From the human T2T-CHM13v2.0 reference genome, Homo sapiens: a stretch of 64,000 bases of DNA. The stretch is from the NCBI RefSeq assembly GCF_009914755.1, contig NC_060948.1; one strand, 5' to 3'. Position numbers and translations under genes: made by a program. Below, piece after piece: positions 12,698 through 33,000 of this stretch. The notes under the pieces are model-generated. The model did not search any database and was not told where the DNA came from. It worked only from the letters and a program-made list of their open reading frames with translations. Numbering within the stretch: the stretch's first letter is position 1; each line of letters opens with the position of its first letter.

Positions 12698-13671
12698 TGA
12701 AGGGGTGGCCTGCCCCTCCACACCTGTGGGCATTTCTCATCAGGTGGAACGAGATACTTGAAAAAAGAAAGAGACACAGAGATAAAGTAGAGAGAAAGAA
12801 AAATGGGTCCAGGGGACCGGCGCTCAGCATACAGAGGACCCGCGCCGGCACCTGCCTCTGAGTTCCCTTAGTACTTATTGATCATTATCGGGGAGAGGGG
12901 GATGTGGCAGGACAATAGGGTAATAGTGGAGAGAGGGTCAGCAGGAAAACGTGAACAAATGTCTCTGCATCATAAACAAGGTACAGAAAAAAGTGCTGTG
13001 CTTTTGATGTGCATATACATAAACATCTCAACGCCTTAAAGAGCAGTGTTGCCGCCAGCATGTCCCACCTCCAGCCGTAAGGCAGTTTTACCCTATCTCA
13101 GTAGATGGAATATACAATCGGTTTACACCGAGACATTCTATTGTCCAGGGACGAGCAGGAGACAGATGCCTTCCTCTTATCTCAACTGCAAAGAGGCCTT
13201 CCTCTTTTACTAATCCTCCTCAGCACAGACCCTTTATGGGTGTTGAGCTGGGGGATGGTCAGCTCTTTCCCTTCCCACAAGGCCATATTTCAGACTATCA
13301 CATGGGGAGAAACCTTGGACAATACCCGGCTTTCAAGAGCAGAGGTCCCTGCGGCTTTCCGCAGGGCACTGTGCCCCTGGTTTATTGAGACTAGAGGATG
13401 GCGATGACTTTTACCAAGTATACCGCTCGTGAACATCTTGTTAACAAGGCACGTCCTGCACCGCCCTGGATCCCTTAAACCTTGATTTCATACAACACAT
13501 GTTTTTGTGAGCTCCAGGTTGGGGCAAAGTGGCTGGGGCAAAGCTACAAATTAACAACATCTCAGCAAAGCAATTGTTTAAAGGACAGGTCTTTTTCAAA
13601 ATGGAGTCTCTTATGTCTTTCCTTTCTACATAGACACAGTGACAGTCTGATCTCTCTTTCTTTTCCCTAGA
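12698..13671 (-). mobile_element. HERV-K(HML-2) solo LTR, LTR5A/LTR5B-like
   Basis: The minus strand begins (T)CTAGGGAAAAGAAAGAGAGATCAGACTGTCACTGTGTCTATGTAGAAAG and ends GTGTGGAGGGGCAGGCCACCCCTTCA. Length ~970 bp matches LTR5. No clean TSD seen. Confidence 0.88.
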
Positions 13672-13684
13672 ATCTGTGCATATC

Positions 13685-14652
13685 GATGGGGACGAAGTCA
13701 TCCTGGATGTTGATTGGGACAAGGTCATCTCTGCTTGTTAGTGGGGACAAGTTCATCCCTGGGTGCTTATCAGGACAAGGTCAGTCCCGGATGTTGGTGA
13801 AGACAAGGTCATTCTGGATGTTGATGGGGACAAGATTATCCCCGGACGTTGGCGAGAGCAAGGGGATCTCTGCATGTTTGGTGAATGTTGATGGGGACGA
13901 GGTCATCTCTGCATGTGGGTGGGGACAAGGTCATCCTGATGTTGATTGGTTCAAGGTTAACCTTGGATGTTGGTGGGGACAAGGTGATCTCTACATGTTT
14001 GGTGAATGTTGATGGGGACGAGGTCATCTCCGCATGTGGGTGGTGGACAAGGTCATCCTGGATGTTGATTGGGACAAGGTTATCCCTGGATGTTGGTGGG
14101 GACAAGGTGATCTCTGCATGTGGGTGGGGACAAGGTCGTCCTGGATGTTGATAGGGACAAGGTCATCCTGGATGTTGATTGGTTCAAGGTTGTTGATTGA
14201 TTCAAGGTTATCCCCGGATGTTGGTGGGAACAAGGTGATCTCTGCATGTGGGTGGGGATGAGGTCATCCTGGATGTTGATTGACTCAAGGTTATCCCTGG
14301 ATGTTGGTGGGGATAAGGTGATCTCTGCATGTCAGTGGGGACAAGGTCATCCTGGATGTTGATTGGGACAAGGTTATCTCTGCTTGTTAGTGGGGACAAG
14401 GTCATCCCTGGGTGCTTATCGGGACAAGGTCAGTCCTGTATGTTGATGAGGACAAGATTATCCCCGGACGTTGGTGGGGACAAGGTGATCTCTGCATGTT
14501 TGGTGAATGTTGATGGGGACGAGGTCACCTCCACATGTGGGTGGGGACAAAGTCATCCCTGGATGTTGACTGGGACAAGGTTATCCCTGGATGTCGATGG
14601 GTTCAAGGTTATCCCTGGATGTTGGTGGGGACCAGGTCATCCTGTGGGTGGG
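13685..14652. repeat. Degenerate ~27-30 bp minisatellite (GATGTTGATGGGGACAAGGTCATCC-like)
   Basis: GGGACAAGGT(C/T)ATC and GGATGTTG(A/G)T motifs recur throughout. Confidence 0.85.
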
Positions 14653-15270
14653 TGAGGACTGCCACGTCCCGTTTTCCTGGTAAAGACATCTTTTTTCTAG
14701 CAGGATGGGCCACTGGAGCAGGCATAACTCTCAGTTCCCAGCTGGTGGACAGCCAAGTCCCCAGTTATCTGGTGTCTGTCCTCGGGGCCATGTTCTTTCT
14801 TCTCATTTCCACCTGAGGAAAGAAAGGCCAAGGTACAAGGCCTTCGACCAGGTGTCACTGGGGTTTCTGGGCTGGAAGTGCTTCGGGTTGGGAGAGAAGT
14901 CTCCCATCTTCCACAAAGTCAACAGGTGTACATCAAGGCTTCGTTCATAATCCTCGGTGGGAACTAGGAGAGAGATTGGATGCTGTTTAAAGGGTGATGT
15001 CCTTGGGCCGGCGTTTGAGGAGGTGTGTGCCCTGGTCAGCTGTATTTGGGGACATTAATTTTCAGCCTACAGCTGTTCGCCAAACGGGGTCTGTACGCAT
15101 CAGGATCCAGCCACGTCCAAGGCTCCCAACGAGCTAGGTGCACCTCCTCCAGGCTCCACTCACATCCAGGAGGGTCACGGGCCTGCCTGAGGTCTGCCTG
15201 CTCCTGGCACTCAGCAGGGCACTCACCAGGGCTGGGAAGGCCCCTGCCCATCCCGGTCCTCTCATTGCAG

Positions 15271-15404
15271 TGAACCGGAGGCTCCTGTACCGGCTGCATC
15301 CGGAGCAGGGCATGCCGGCCGGCGTGTGCGTGGACGCTGCGGGGAAGCTCTGGGTGGCCTCTGCGTCGATAGAGGCAAGGTGATACGCCTGGACCCCGAG
15401 ACAG
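15271..15404 (+). pseudogene. Regucalcin/SMP-30-like unprocessed pseudogene, exon A
   Basis: Bounded by ttgcag| and |gtgtgt. Translates [29 protein letters not shown][+2 nt][15 protein letters not shown] versus recalled human RGN [44 protein letters not shown]. Confidence 0.92.
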
Positions 15405-15589
15405 GTGTGTGCCGGATGGCGGGGCCGTATGAGGCTTGGCCACATCGGGTGTCCACTGCGTCTGCAGCGTTCTGGCTTCAGAAGTCGGGGCCGGGCAGCA
15501 ATCGCGAATTTGTAGAGACTAAGGGGCCTCCGTTTCCCGACGGCACGGACTCCCAGGTTCCCTCTGCAGGTGTGCTAGGTCCTGGGGCT

Positions 15590-16280
15590 GCCGCAACCAA
15601 GGACTGGCTGCCGAAAAAACAGGAAGTCACCTCCCCCAGTCCTGCAGAGCAGGAGTCTGAGACCGAGGAGTTTCAGGGCCGTACTCCCTCCAGGAGCTGT
15701 AGTGGAGGGTCCTTCCTGCCTCTCCCGGCTCCTGGGGGCTCCAGGCATCCCTGGGCTTGTGGCCGCATCACTCCACTCTCTGCCTCCGTCTCCACGTGGC
15801 CTCCTCCTCTGTGTCTGTGTCTCCTCTTCTGTCTCTAGAAGGACACCTGTCATTGCATTTAGGATCCACCCTACTCCAGGATGATCTCATCTCAAGATCC
15901 TTCACTAACTAGATCTTGAAACACCCTATTTCTATACAAGGTCTCATTCCTAGGTTGTGGATATTAGGGTGTAGACAGATCTTTTTGGGAACCACAGTTC
16001 AATCCACTTCAATTGTATTGAGACTCTAGGGGAGGGTCCTTCCTGCCTCTCCCAGCTCCTGGGGGCTCCAGGCATCCCTGGGCTTGAGGCCACATCACTC
16101 CAGTCTCTGCCTCCGTCTCCACGTGGCCTCCTCCTCTGTGTCTGTGTCTGCTCTTCTGTCTCTTAGAAGGACACTGGTGATTGGATGTAGGGCCCACCCT
16201 AACCTGCTCTGACCTACTAATTACCTCTGCAAACACCCTATTTCCAAATAATTTCCCATTCTGAGATCCTACTTGACATG
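15590..16280 (-). mobile_element. MLT1(C)-like MaLR LTR, two tandem ~327-bp copies
   Basis: GGAGGGTCCTTCCTGCCTCTCCC(A/G)GCTCCTGGGGGCTCCAGGCATCCCTGGGCTTG... occurs at ~15704 and ~16031. It resembles MLT1C. Confidence 0.7.
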
Positions 16281-16465
16281 AATCTGGGGAGACTACAGAG
16301 CTCACTAGAGCAGGTGCGGCTGGGCCTGGCTAGGCAGGTGCCAATCTGGCAGCTCCAGGTGCCACAGAGACACCCATGCTGCCCGGGGGTTGGGCCCAGG
16401 GTCAGGAGGAACGGCCAGGCAGGCGGCCTGGGGTGCTCAGGCTCAGCCCCCACGCTCGCTCACAG

Positions 16466-16619
16466 GGAAGGTGCTGTGCACGGTGGAGCTGCCTGTGTAC
16501 AGGGTCACCTCTTGCTGCTTCGGGGACCCGGCTACGACAACCTCTACGTGACCTCCGCGGCGGACCGCCTGAGTCCGGAGCACTTGTTACGGGAGCCCCG
16601 GGCTGGACACATCTTCAAG
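16466..16619 (+). pseudogene. Regucalcin/SMP-30-like unprocessed pseudogene, exon B
   Basis: Bounded by cacag| and AAG|gt. Translates GKVLCTVELPVYRVTSCCFG[-1 nt]GPGYDNLYVTSAADRLSPEHLLREPRAGHIFK versus RGN [52 protein letters not shown]. Confidence 0.92.
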
Positions 16620-16771
16620 GTTCCGTAAGGGTTTTCTGCCGAGAGTCCCTCCTGGGGCCGCGGGCGAGAGCTCATCTTTAACCTCGGTGGGAAGCTCGGG
16701 CAGGGTGGGCGATGTCTGCAGACAGACGGAGGTTATTGTTTCTGTTTCCTAGAAAACAAACGTTTCCAAAC

Positions 16772-17065
16772 TTTTTTTTTTTTGAGATGGAGTTTCGCTC
16801 CTGTTGCCTGGGCTGCAGTGCAGTGGCGTGATCTCGGCTCACTGCAACCTCCGCCTCCTGGGTTCAAGTGATTCTCTCACCTCAGCCGCCTGAGTAGCCG
16901 GGATTACAGGGAGGCACCACCACACCCGGCTAATTTTGTATTTTTAGTAGAGACGGGGTTTCACCATGTTGGTCAGGCTGGTCTTGAACTCCCGACCTCA
17001 GGTGATCCGCCGGCCTCGGCCTCCCAAAGTGCTGGGATGACAGGTGCGAGCCGCTGCGCCCGGCC
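16772..17065 (-). mobile_element. AluS
   Basis: Poly-T followed by a full reverse Alu, with flanks GTTTCCAAA/GTTTCAAA resembling a TSD. Confidence 0.9.
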
Positions 17066-17111
17066 AGTTTCAAAGGTTTTATGCCCCTGGGTGTTAGACA
17101 GAAATTGTGTT

Positions 17112-17756
<645 letters not shown>

Positions 17757-17852
17757 TTAAAGCCTCCAGCATTGTTCTGGCCTCACTCTGCCGGTAACAC
17801 GGTGTTTCGGCCACAGCCTTGGAACTGACCGCAGCATCCCGGCTCCATCCAG

Positions 17853-18029
17853 GGGTCACGGGCTTTGGGGTGAGAGGAGGCCCCCCGTTTACCCCTTCAC
17901 TGGCTGAGCCGAGAGCCGCTCCCAGGGCAGCTTCGTGCGTTGGCCTCCGTGCGGGGGTGCTGGGCCGGCGTCAGCGGCCCCCCGCACGCTCATTCCCGCA
18001 GCAGCGTCGGGTTCACAGCGGGCAATAAA
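17853..18029 (+). pseudogene. Regucalcin-like pseudogene, terminal exon with stop (17905-17907) and AATAAA (18024-18029)
   Basis: After ccatccag|gg it reads VTGFGVRGGPP[+2 nt]YPFTG-TGA versus the RGN C-terminus ITGLGVKGIAPYSYAG*. A poly(A) hexamer lies ~117 nt after the stop. Confidence 0.78.
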
Positions 18030-18260
18030 GGCAGCCGTTCTTCAAAGTCAGCTCGGTTGTGGCTGCCGTGGGGACGTCAGTCACAGCCGAGGGACCAAGC
18101 ACCGGGCCTCTGTGTGGCATAAGTCCTGCCTGGGGCTGTGCAGATCCCCCTTACACACCTCATGGCCCCGTAAGCTCACCGGCCCTCCCAGAAGTCATCT
18201 GTGCGAGACAGAAGGCGTCTCTGTGGAATTCTAACTCCCCCACCCAGAAGTGACTGATAG

Positions 18261-19805
<1,545 letters not shown>

Positions 19806-20754
19806 GGGGGGCCTCTGCCTCCCTCCCACCGTGTTGGGGACATCGTGACCCCCCAAGACCGCCTGGGATGGTACAGCCGGCCCCTGCAGCACCCCCTGCA
19901 TCCACCCCCAGAGCTGGGCTCTGCTGCTGGGACCTGACTGTGGCCACTGCCCTCCCAGGGTAATCGGCGGTGGGGGGTGAGCATGGGGATTCCACAGACC
20001 ATCCCGGTCTTCCAACCCTAACCCTGGCCCCTGGCCAGCCTGGGAGACGCTGCCTGACCTTGCAGGTCCCTCTGACCTGCTGACTGTGGGTGTCCACACC
20101 TCACCTCACAGAGCAAACAGGAACCACACACAGGGAAGCTTCCTCCCTCCATTCCTGTCCTCAGGTCCCTAAGGGCCCCTGGGGGGCTTCCAGCTGCCAA
20201 CACTGCAATGGTGTATGGGTATGGGGGTGGGGAGCCCTTGAGGGACTCCCAGGGAGGGGGTCTCTAGTTGGGGAGAGGCTGCGAACCCCTAGGGGAAATG
20301 GTGGAGGCTCCCACATCCATGGGGTGGGTGTGGGGGTGTCTGTGTGAACCAGCTCATAGAGACCCACCCCATGCTCAGTGCCATTGGCTCAAAGGTGCAG
20401 CAGGAGGCCCCTCTGGTGACGTGAGCCACCCGGGCACCCAGCTGGGCCCCCACAGGGCTGGGCTTGCCCCTCATCTCAGCAACCTGCCTCATCTGTCCTG
20501 AACCTCAGCGTGGTCACCCGTGAGGTGGGAGGGGACCTGCTTGGGAGCCAGCAGAGGGTCTCTGGGACCTGCCAGGCAATGGCTTTGCACACACGTCACC
20601 TGCATGCATGGTGCATTCAGGAGAGAGCACAGGCCGTCATGAGAGGAAGGGACACACAAAATGTGCTCTGTCCACAGAGTGGAATAGTATGCAGCCATGA
20701 AAAGGAACGGGGTTCTGACACATGGTCTCCTTGTGGAGTCATGAGAATGTGCTG

Positions 20755-21576
20755 GAGCTAAAGAGAGGGGGGTAGCTAGAGAGAGGTGGGGTAGCTACAG
20801 AGAGGTGGGGTAGCTAGAGAGTGGGGGTAGCTAGAGAGGGGGATAGCTAGAGAGAGGTGGGGTAGCTAGAGAGAGTGGGGGGAGCTAGAGACAGTGGGGG
20901 TAGCTAGAGGGGGTGTAGCTAGAGACAGTGGGGGTAGCTAGAGAGGGGGATAGCTAGAGAGAGTGGGGATAGCTAGAGAGGGGGGGGTAGCTAGAGAGAG
21001 GTGGGGTAGCTAGAGAGGGGGATAGCTAGAGAGAGGTGGGGTAGCTAGAGAGGGGGATAGCTAGAGAGAGGTGGGGTAGCTACAGAGGGGGATAGCTAGA
21101 GAGAGGTGGGGTAGCTAGAGAGGGGGATAGCTAGAGAGAGGTGGGGTAGCTAGAGAGAGTGGGGGTAGCTGGGGGGGGTAGCTAGAGAGAGGTGGGGGTA
21201 GCTAGAGAGAGGTGGGGTAGCTAGAGAGGGGGATAGCTAGAGAGAGGTGGGGTAGCTAGAGAGAGTGGGGGTAGCTGGGGGGGGTAGCTAGAGAGAGGTG
21301 GGGGTAGCTAGAGAGAGGTGGGGTAGCTAGAGAGGGGGATAGCTAGAGAGAGGTGGGGTAGCTAGAGAGGGGGATAGCTAGAGAGAGGTGGGGAGTAGTT
21401 AGAGAGGGGGATAGCTAGAGAGAGGCGGGGGTAGCTAGAGACAGTGGGGGGAGCTAGAGACAGTGGGGGTAGCTAGAGGGGGGGATAGCTAGAGAGAGGT
21501 GGGGTAGCTAGAGACAGTGGGGGGAGCTAGAGACAGTGGGGGTAGCTGGGGGGGGTAGCTAGAGAGAGTGGGGGTT
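20755..21576. repeat. G-rich 16-20 bp minisatellite (GGGGTAGCTAGAGAGA...)
   Basis: About 45 TAGCTAG cores separated by G runs and GA tracts. Confidence 0.92.
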
Positions 21577-21589
21577 GCATCTGACAGTG

Positions 21590-22012
21590 AGTGTTTGTGG
21601 AAGAGAGAGCAACTCCATCTGGAATGCTGATCCACCTGTTCACTTCTGACCAACCGCTGCTCTGGGAAGGTCTCTAAGATGATTTTGCTACTTTCTCCAA
21701 TGTGACCTCAATAGCCTGGACCATAAACCCTGCCCTGGGGCAGGTGCACGTGGCTGTCCCTGAGGCACCTTCCCTGACCGTGAGGGCCCCCCTCCCTCCC
21801 ACCAACGTTTTCCTGCATATTCCTCCCTGGGGTGAAGCCCTGGGTCTGCAGGGACGACCGGGATCCACTCTCCTCGCAGACACGGCTTCTGTTCTTACAT
21901 CTCTGCTAAGTATTTCTTTCGGAGAATCTGGATTAGTCAGCTTCTTCCTTCAGCTCTCAGCTTCCTCGACCTCCGGGGTGTGGTTTGCACAGACCCGGCC
22001 CCTGCGGAAACA
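21590..22012 (+). mobile_element. Old ERV LTR (LTR47-like)
   Basis: CAACTCCATCTGGAATGCTGATCCACC...GGTTTGCACAGACC...GGAAACA resembles a recalled ERVL LTR. Family assignment is uncertain. Confidence 0.45.
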
Positions 22013-22057
22013 GGTGCTAAATGCTAGTGAATGGACCCATTAGAATAGTTAATTCTG

Positions 22058-22862
<805 letters not shown>

Positions 22863-23329
22863 TATAGGGTCTCAAACCACACCTCATGAAGCCCAGGGAT
22901 GGGCTTTTGGGGTGGGCCCCACCGTGAGGTATGTGGGTTTCAAAGCAGTTCTCTGGGGGCACAGAGCACCTTGGGAATCAGCAGGGAAAATGGATCTGGG
23001 CAGGCTCCGGCCCTGACATGGACCTGGGGTTCCGGGGACCCCTCTTCTGGGCCAGCCAGGCCCCCTTGCGCCTGTGCCCCTCTGGCGACGTACCCCGGCC
23101 TTTGCAAGCTGTGTGCGCTCTTCCCACCACCTCCAGGCGGTGCACGGCGTCTGCCTGGGACGAGGACTCCAGAGGCTTCTGTGGAATCTGCCGCTGCCTT
23201 CCAAGGCCGGCACCTCCTGCCCCTGCTGTCCTTTGACCTTGGGGTTCCCGTCCGAGCCACGGCTGTGACCTCGCGCCCCCAGGAGCTGGCTTTTCTTTAT
23301 CCTCCTTGGTCTTCCTGTCACCGCCCAAG

Positions 23330-24369
23330 GGGCTCACCTCGCCGGCTGCGTGGACAGAGTGATTTATCACTACCACAAAGCTGCAATCCCAGCCGGCTGC
23401 GTGGGAGGCCGGAGTTTCCTTATTCCTCAAATCCGTCTCCCCAGAGACCCTGGGACTGGAGTTTTTCAGGATAATTTGCTGGGTAGGAGGTCAGAAAGTG
23501 GGGAGTGCTGATTGGTTGGGTCAGAGATGGAATCACAGGGAGTCGAAGCTGTCGTCTGGCGCTGAGTCAGTTCCTGGGTGGGGGCCGCAGACCAGATTAG
23601 CCGGTTGATCATCTGGGTGGTGCCAGCTGATCCGTCCAGTGAAGGGTCTGTGACATATCTCAGCACTGATTGTAGGTTTCACAAAAGCGATGTGAGCAGG
23701 AGCAATTTGAGGAGGGTCAGAAACTTGCAGCCTCCAGAGGCCAGAGTCCTAAACCATCATTTCTAATCCAGGGGATAATCTCTTAGTCCTGTAAACACGG
23801 CCTAGTCCCCAGGCAAGAAGGAGGTTTGCACTGGGAAAGGGCTATTATCATCTTCGTGTCAAAGCTAAACTATAAACTAAGTTCCTCCCAAAGATAGTGT
23901 GGGTGACACCCATGAGTGAAGAAGGACAGCTTGGAGACAGCTTGGAGACAGCTTGCAGACAGCGTGGAAGTTCGAAGCAAGACGGACTCAGTGAGGTTAG
24001 CTCTCCTTCACTGCCCTAATGTTCTCACTTACAATTTTATCAGGCCGGGCGCGGTGGCTCATGCCTGTAATCCCACCACTCTGGGAGGCTGAGGTGGGAG
24101 GATCACAGCGTCAGGGGTTTGAGACCAGCCTGGCCAATGTGGTAAAACCCCGTCTCTAATAAAAATACGAAAACTAGCCGAGTATGGTGGTGGGTGCCTG
24201 TGGTCCCAGCTACCCAGGAGCTTGAGACAGGTGAATGGCTCGAACATGGGAGGCGAAGGTTGCAGTGAGCCGAGATCGCGCCACTGCCCTGCAGCCTGGG
24301 TGACAGAGCGAGACTCTGTCTTAAAAAAAAAAAAAAGAAAGAAAAATTGTTTTTGCAAAAATGGTTTCA
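23330..24369 (-). mobile_element. LTR8/LTR26-like ERV1 LTR interrupted by an Alu (24042-24345, +)
   Basis: The minus strand starts TGAAACCATTTTTGCAAAA and includes CTTGCTTCGAACTTCCACGCTGTC and TTTGGGAGGAACTTAGTTTATAGTTT, typical of LTR8. Confidence 0.7.
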
Positions 24370-24649
24370 ATCTCAGGGAGTAGAGCCCTTTCCTGTGGGA
24401 CCCGCCTTGCCCAGCTCCCTAGCTCCCTCCCTGCCCGGCCACCCTGCAGGATGCCAGGGTTGGGGGTCTCTGGGGGTTACCAAGGAGGCCCACCTGTTCC
24501 TGGGGGCTGCCTAGAGAGCCCCCACCCACGGGGAGCTGAGGGCCTCAGAGGAGGAGCAGAGACTCCAGTTCCTGCTAGGGTCAGTTGAGGTTATCTGTAG
24601 TTAATTTTTATCTAAAAAGTGATGCAAGCTTATTTTTAAAATGCAAACA

Positions 24650-29655
<5,006 letters not shown>

Positions 29656-30014
29656 GCGACGGTTTTAAACAAGGCAGCTCGGAACAGAGCAGCTTCGGGA
29701 ATCGCACCTGCAGAATGAGATCACGTAGCCTCCGGTCTCGGCTCACGCAGGTGTGCTCTGAGCCCGTCACGGCCCGGCCTGAGGCCCCGTGAGCCGTGCG
29801 GCTGCCCCATGCTGTTGAAACCCGGGTCCGGGGCTCCCAGCTTTGTGCCTCTGTTCCCGGAGACGCCCGCACGGTGCCACCTCTCAGAGACCCTCCCTGC
29901 TGGCTCTCAACCACCCGTGACAACTGCGAGCCGGAAACAGGGTGGGATAATACCTTGGACCCAATAAAGGTGCTGGCCCAGGGTCCCTCTCTGCTGCATT
30001 CCTCACCACCCAGT

Positions 30015-33000
30015 GTGGGTGGGGCCTGCAGGGCCCGGGACCCATAAATAATCAAATCCTTACCTCCGCCTGGGTGGGACCTGCAGGACCCGGGACCCAT
30101 AAATAATCAAATCCTTACCTCCGCCTGGGTGGGGCCTGCAGCACCCGGGACCCATAAATAATCAAATCCTTACCTCCGCCTGGGTGGGGCCTGCAGGGCC
30201 CGGGACCCATAAATAATCAAATCCTTACCTCCGCCTGGGTGGGGCCTGCAGCACCCGGGACCCATAAATAATCAAATCCTTACCTCCGCCTGGGCGGGGC
30301 CTGCAGCACCCGGGACCCATAAATAATCAAATCCTTACCTCCGCCTGGGCGGGGCCTGCAGCACCCGGGACCCGTAAATAATCAAATCCTTACCTCCGCC
30401 TGGGTGGGGCCTGCAGCACCCGGGATCCATAAATAATCAAATCCTTACCTCCGCCTGGGTGGGGCCTGCAGCACCCGGGACCCATAAATAATCAAATCCT
30501 TACCTCCGCCTGGGTGGGGCCTGCAGCGCCCGGGACCCATAAATAATCAAATCCTTACCTCCGCCTGGGCGGGGCCTGCAGGACCCGGGATCCATAAATA
30601 ATCAAATCCTTACCTCCGCCTGGGCGGGGCCTGCAGCACCCGGGACCCATAAATAATCAAATCCTTACCTCCGCCTGGGTGGGGCCTGCAGGACCCGGGA
30701 CCCATAAATAATCAAATCCTTACCTCCGCCTGGGTGGGGCCTGCAGGACCCGGGACCCATAAATAATCAAATCCTTACCTCCGCCTGGGCGGGGCCTGCA
30801 GCACCCGGGACCCATAAATAATCAAATCCTTACCTCCGCCTGGGTGGGACCTGCAGCACCCGGGACCCATAAATAATCAAATCCTTACCTCCGCCTGGGC
30901 GGGGCCTGCAGCACCCGGGACCCATAAATAATCAAATCCTTACCTCCGCCTGGGTGGGGCCTGCAGCACCCGGGACCCATAAATAATCAAATCCTTACCT
31001 CCGCCTGGGCGGGGCCTGCAGGACCCGGGACCCATAAATAATCAAATCCTTACCTCCGCCTGGGCGGGGCCTGCAGCACCCGGGACCCATAAATAATCAA
31101 ATCCTTACCTCCGCCTGGGTGGGGCCTGCAGCGCCCGGGATCCATAAATAATCAAATCCTTACCTCCGCCTGGGTGGGGCCTGCAGCACCCGGGACCCAT
31201 AAATAATCAAATCCTTACCTCCGCCTGGGTGGGGCCTGCAGGACCCGGGACCCATAAATAATCAAATCCTTACCTCCGCCTGGGCGGGGCCTGCAGGACC
31301 CGGGACCCATAAATAATCAAATCCTTACCTCCGCCTGGGCGGGGCCTGCAGGACCCGGGACCCATAAATAATCAAATCCTTACCTCCGCCTGGGTGGGGC
31401 CTGCAGCGCCCGGGACCCATAAATAATCAAATCCTTACCTCCGCCTGGGTGGGGCCTGCAGGACCCGGGATCCATAAATAATCAAATCCTTACCTCCGCC
31501 TGGGCGGGGCCTGCAGCACCCGGGACCCATAAATAATCAAATCCTTACCTCCGCCTGGGTGGGGCCTGCAGCACCCGGGACCCATAAATAATCAAATCCT
31601 TACCTCCGCCTGGGTGGGGCCTGCAGCACCCGGGACCCATAAATAATCAAATCCTTACCTCCGCCTGGGCGGGGCCTGCAGCACCCGGGACCCATAAATA
31701 ATCAAATCCTTACCTCCGCCTGGGTGGGGCCTGCAGGACCCGGGACCCATAAATAATCAAATCCTTACCTCCGCCTGGGCGGGGCCTGCAGCACCCGGGA
31801 CCCATAAATAATCAAATCCTTACCTCCGCCTGGGTGGGGCCTGCAGCACCCGGGACCCATAAATAATCAAATCCTTACCTCCGCCTGGGCGGGGCCTGCA
31901 GCACCCGGGACCCATAAATAATCAAATCCTTACCTCCGCCTGGGTGGGGCCTGCAGGACCCGGGACCCATAAATAATCAAATCCTTACCTCCGCCTGGGC
32001 GGGGCCTGCAGCACCCGGGACCCATAAATAATCAAATCCTTACCTCCGCCTGGGCGGGGCCTGCAGCACCCGGGACCCATAAATAATCAAATCCTTACCT
32101 CCGCCTGCGTGGGGCCTGCAGCACCCGGGACCCATAAATAATCAAATCCTTACCTCCGCCTGGGCGGGGCCTGCAGCACCCGGGACCCATAAATAATCAA
32201 ATCCTTACCTCCGCCTGGGTGGGGCCTGCAGCACCCGGGACCCATAAATAATCAAATCCTTACCTCCGCCTGCGTGGGGCCTGCAGCACCCGGGACCCAT
32301 AAATAATCAAATCCTTACCTCCGCCTGGGTGGGGACTGCAGCACCCGGGACCCATAAATAATCAAATCCTTACCTCCGCCTGGGCGGGGCCTGCAGCGCC
32401 CGGGACCCATAAATAATCAAATCCTTACCTCCGCCTGCGTGGGGCCTGCAGCACCCGGGACCCATAAATAATCAAATCCTTACCTCCGCCTGGGTGGGGA
32501 CTGCAGCACCCGGGACCCATAAATAATCAAATCCTTACCTCCGCCTGGGTGGGGCCTGCAGCACCCGGGACCCATAAATAATCAAATCCTTACCTCCGCC
32601 TGGGTGGGGCCTGCAGGACCCGGGACCCATAAATAATCAAATCCTTACCTCCGCCTGGACGGGGCCTGCAGGACCCGGGACCCATAAATAATCAAATCCT
32701 TACCTCCGCCTGGGTGGGGCCTGCAGCACCCGGGACCCATAAATAATCAAATCCTTACCTCCGCCTGGGTGGGGCCTGCAGCACCCGGGATCCATAAATA
32801 ATCAAATCCTTACCTCCGCCTGGGTGGGGCCTGCAGCGCCCGGGACCCATAAATAATCAAATCCTTACCTCCGCCTGGGCGGGGCCTGCAGGACCCGGGA
32901 CCCATAAATAATCAAATCCTTACCTCCGCCTGGGTGGGGCCTGCAGCACCCGGGACCCATAAATAATCAAATCCTTACCTCCGCCTGGGTGGGGCCTGCA

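Noticed and set aside
10038-12851. 937-aa and 479-aa ORFs as genes
   Set aside because: They are open only because the 26-bp unit lacks minus-strand stops. Kept only as a testable LTR-driven hypothesis.
14820-14950. KAFDQVS...GW peptide as an upstream regucalcin exon (RGN KYFDQVD...DW)
   Set aside because: Only about 5 matching residues, with no extended similarity or matching splice sites. Probably chance, though a GeneWise run would settle it.
14800-14965. Minus-strand acceptor followed by a ~52-codon open frame (PTEDYERSLDVHLL...)
   Set aside because: No recognisable homology and no partner exon identified.
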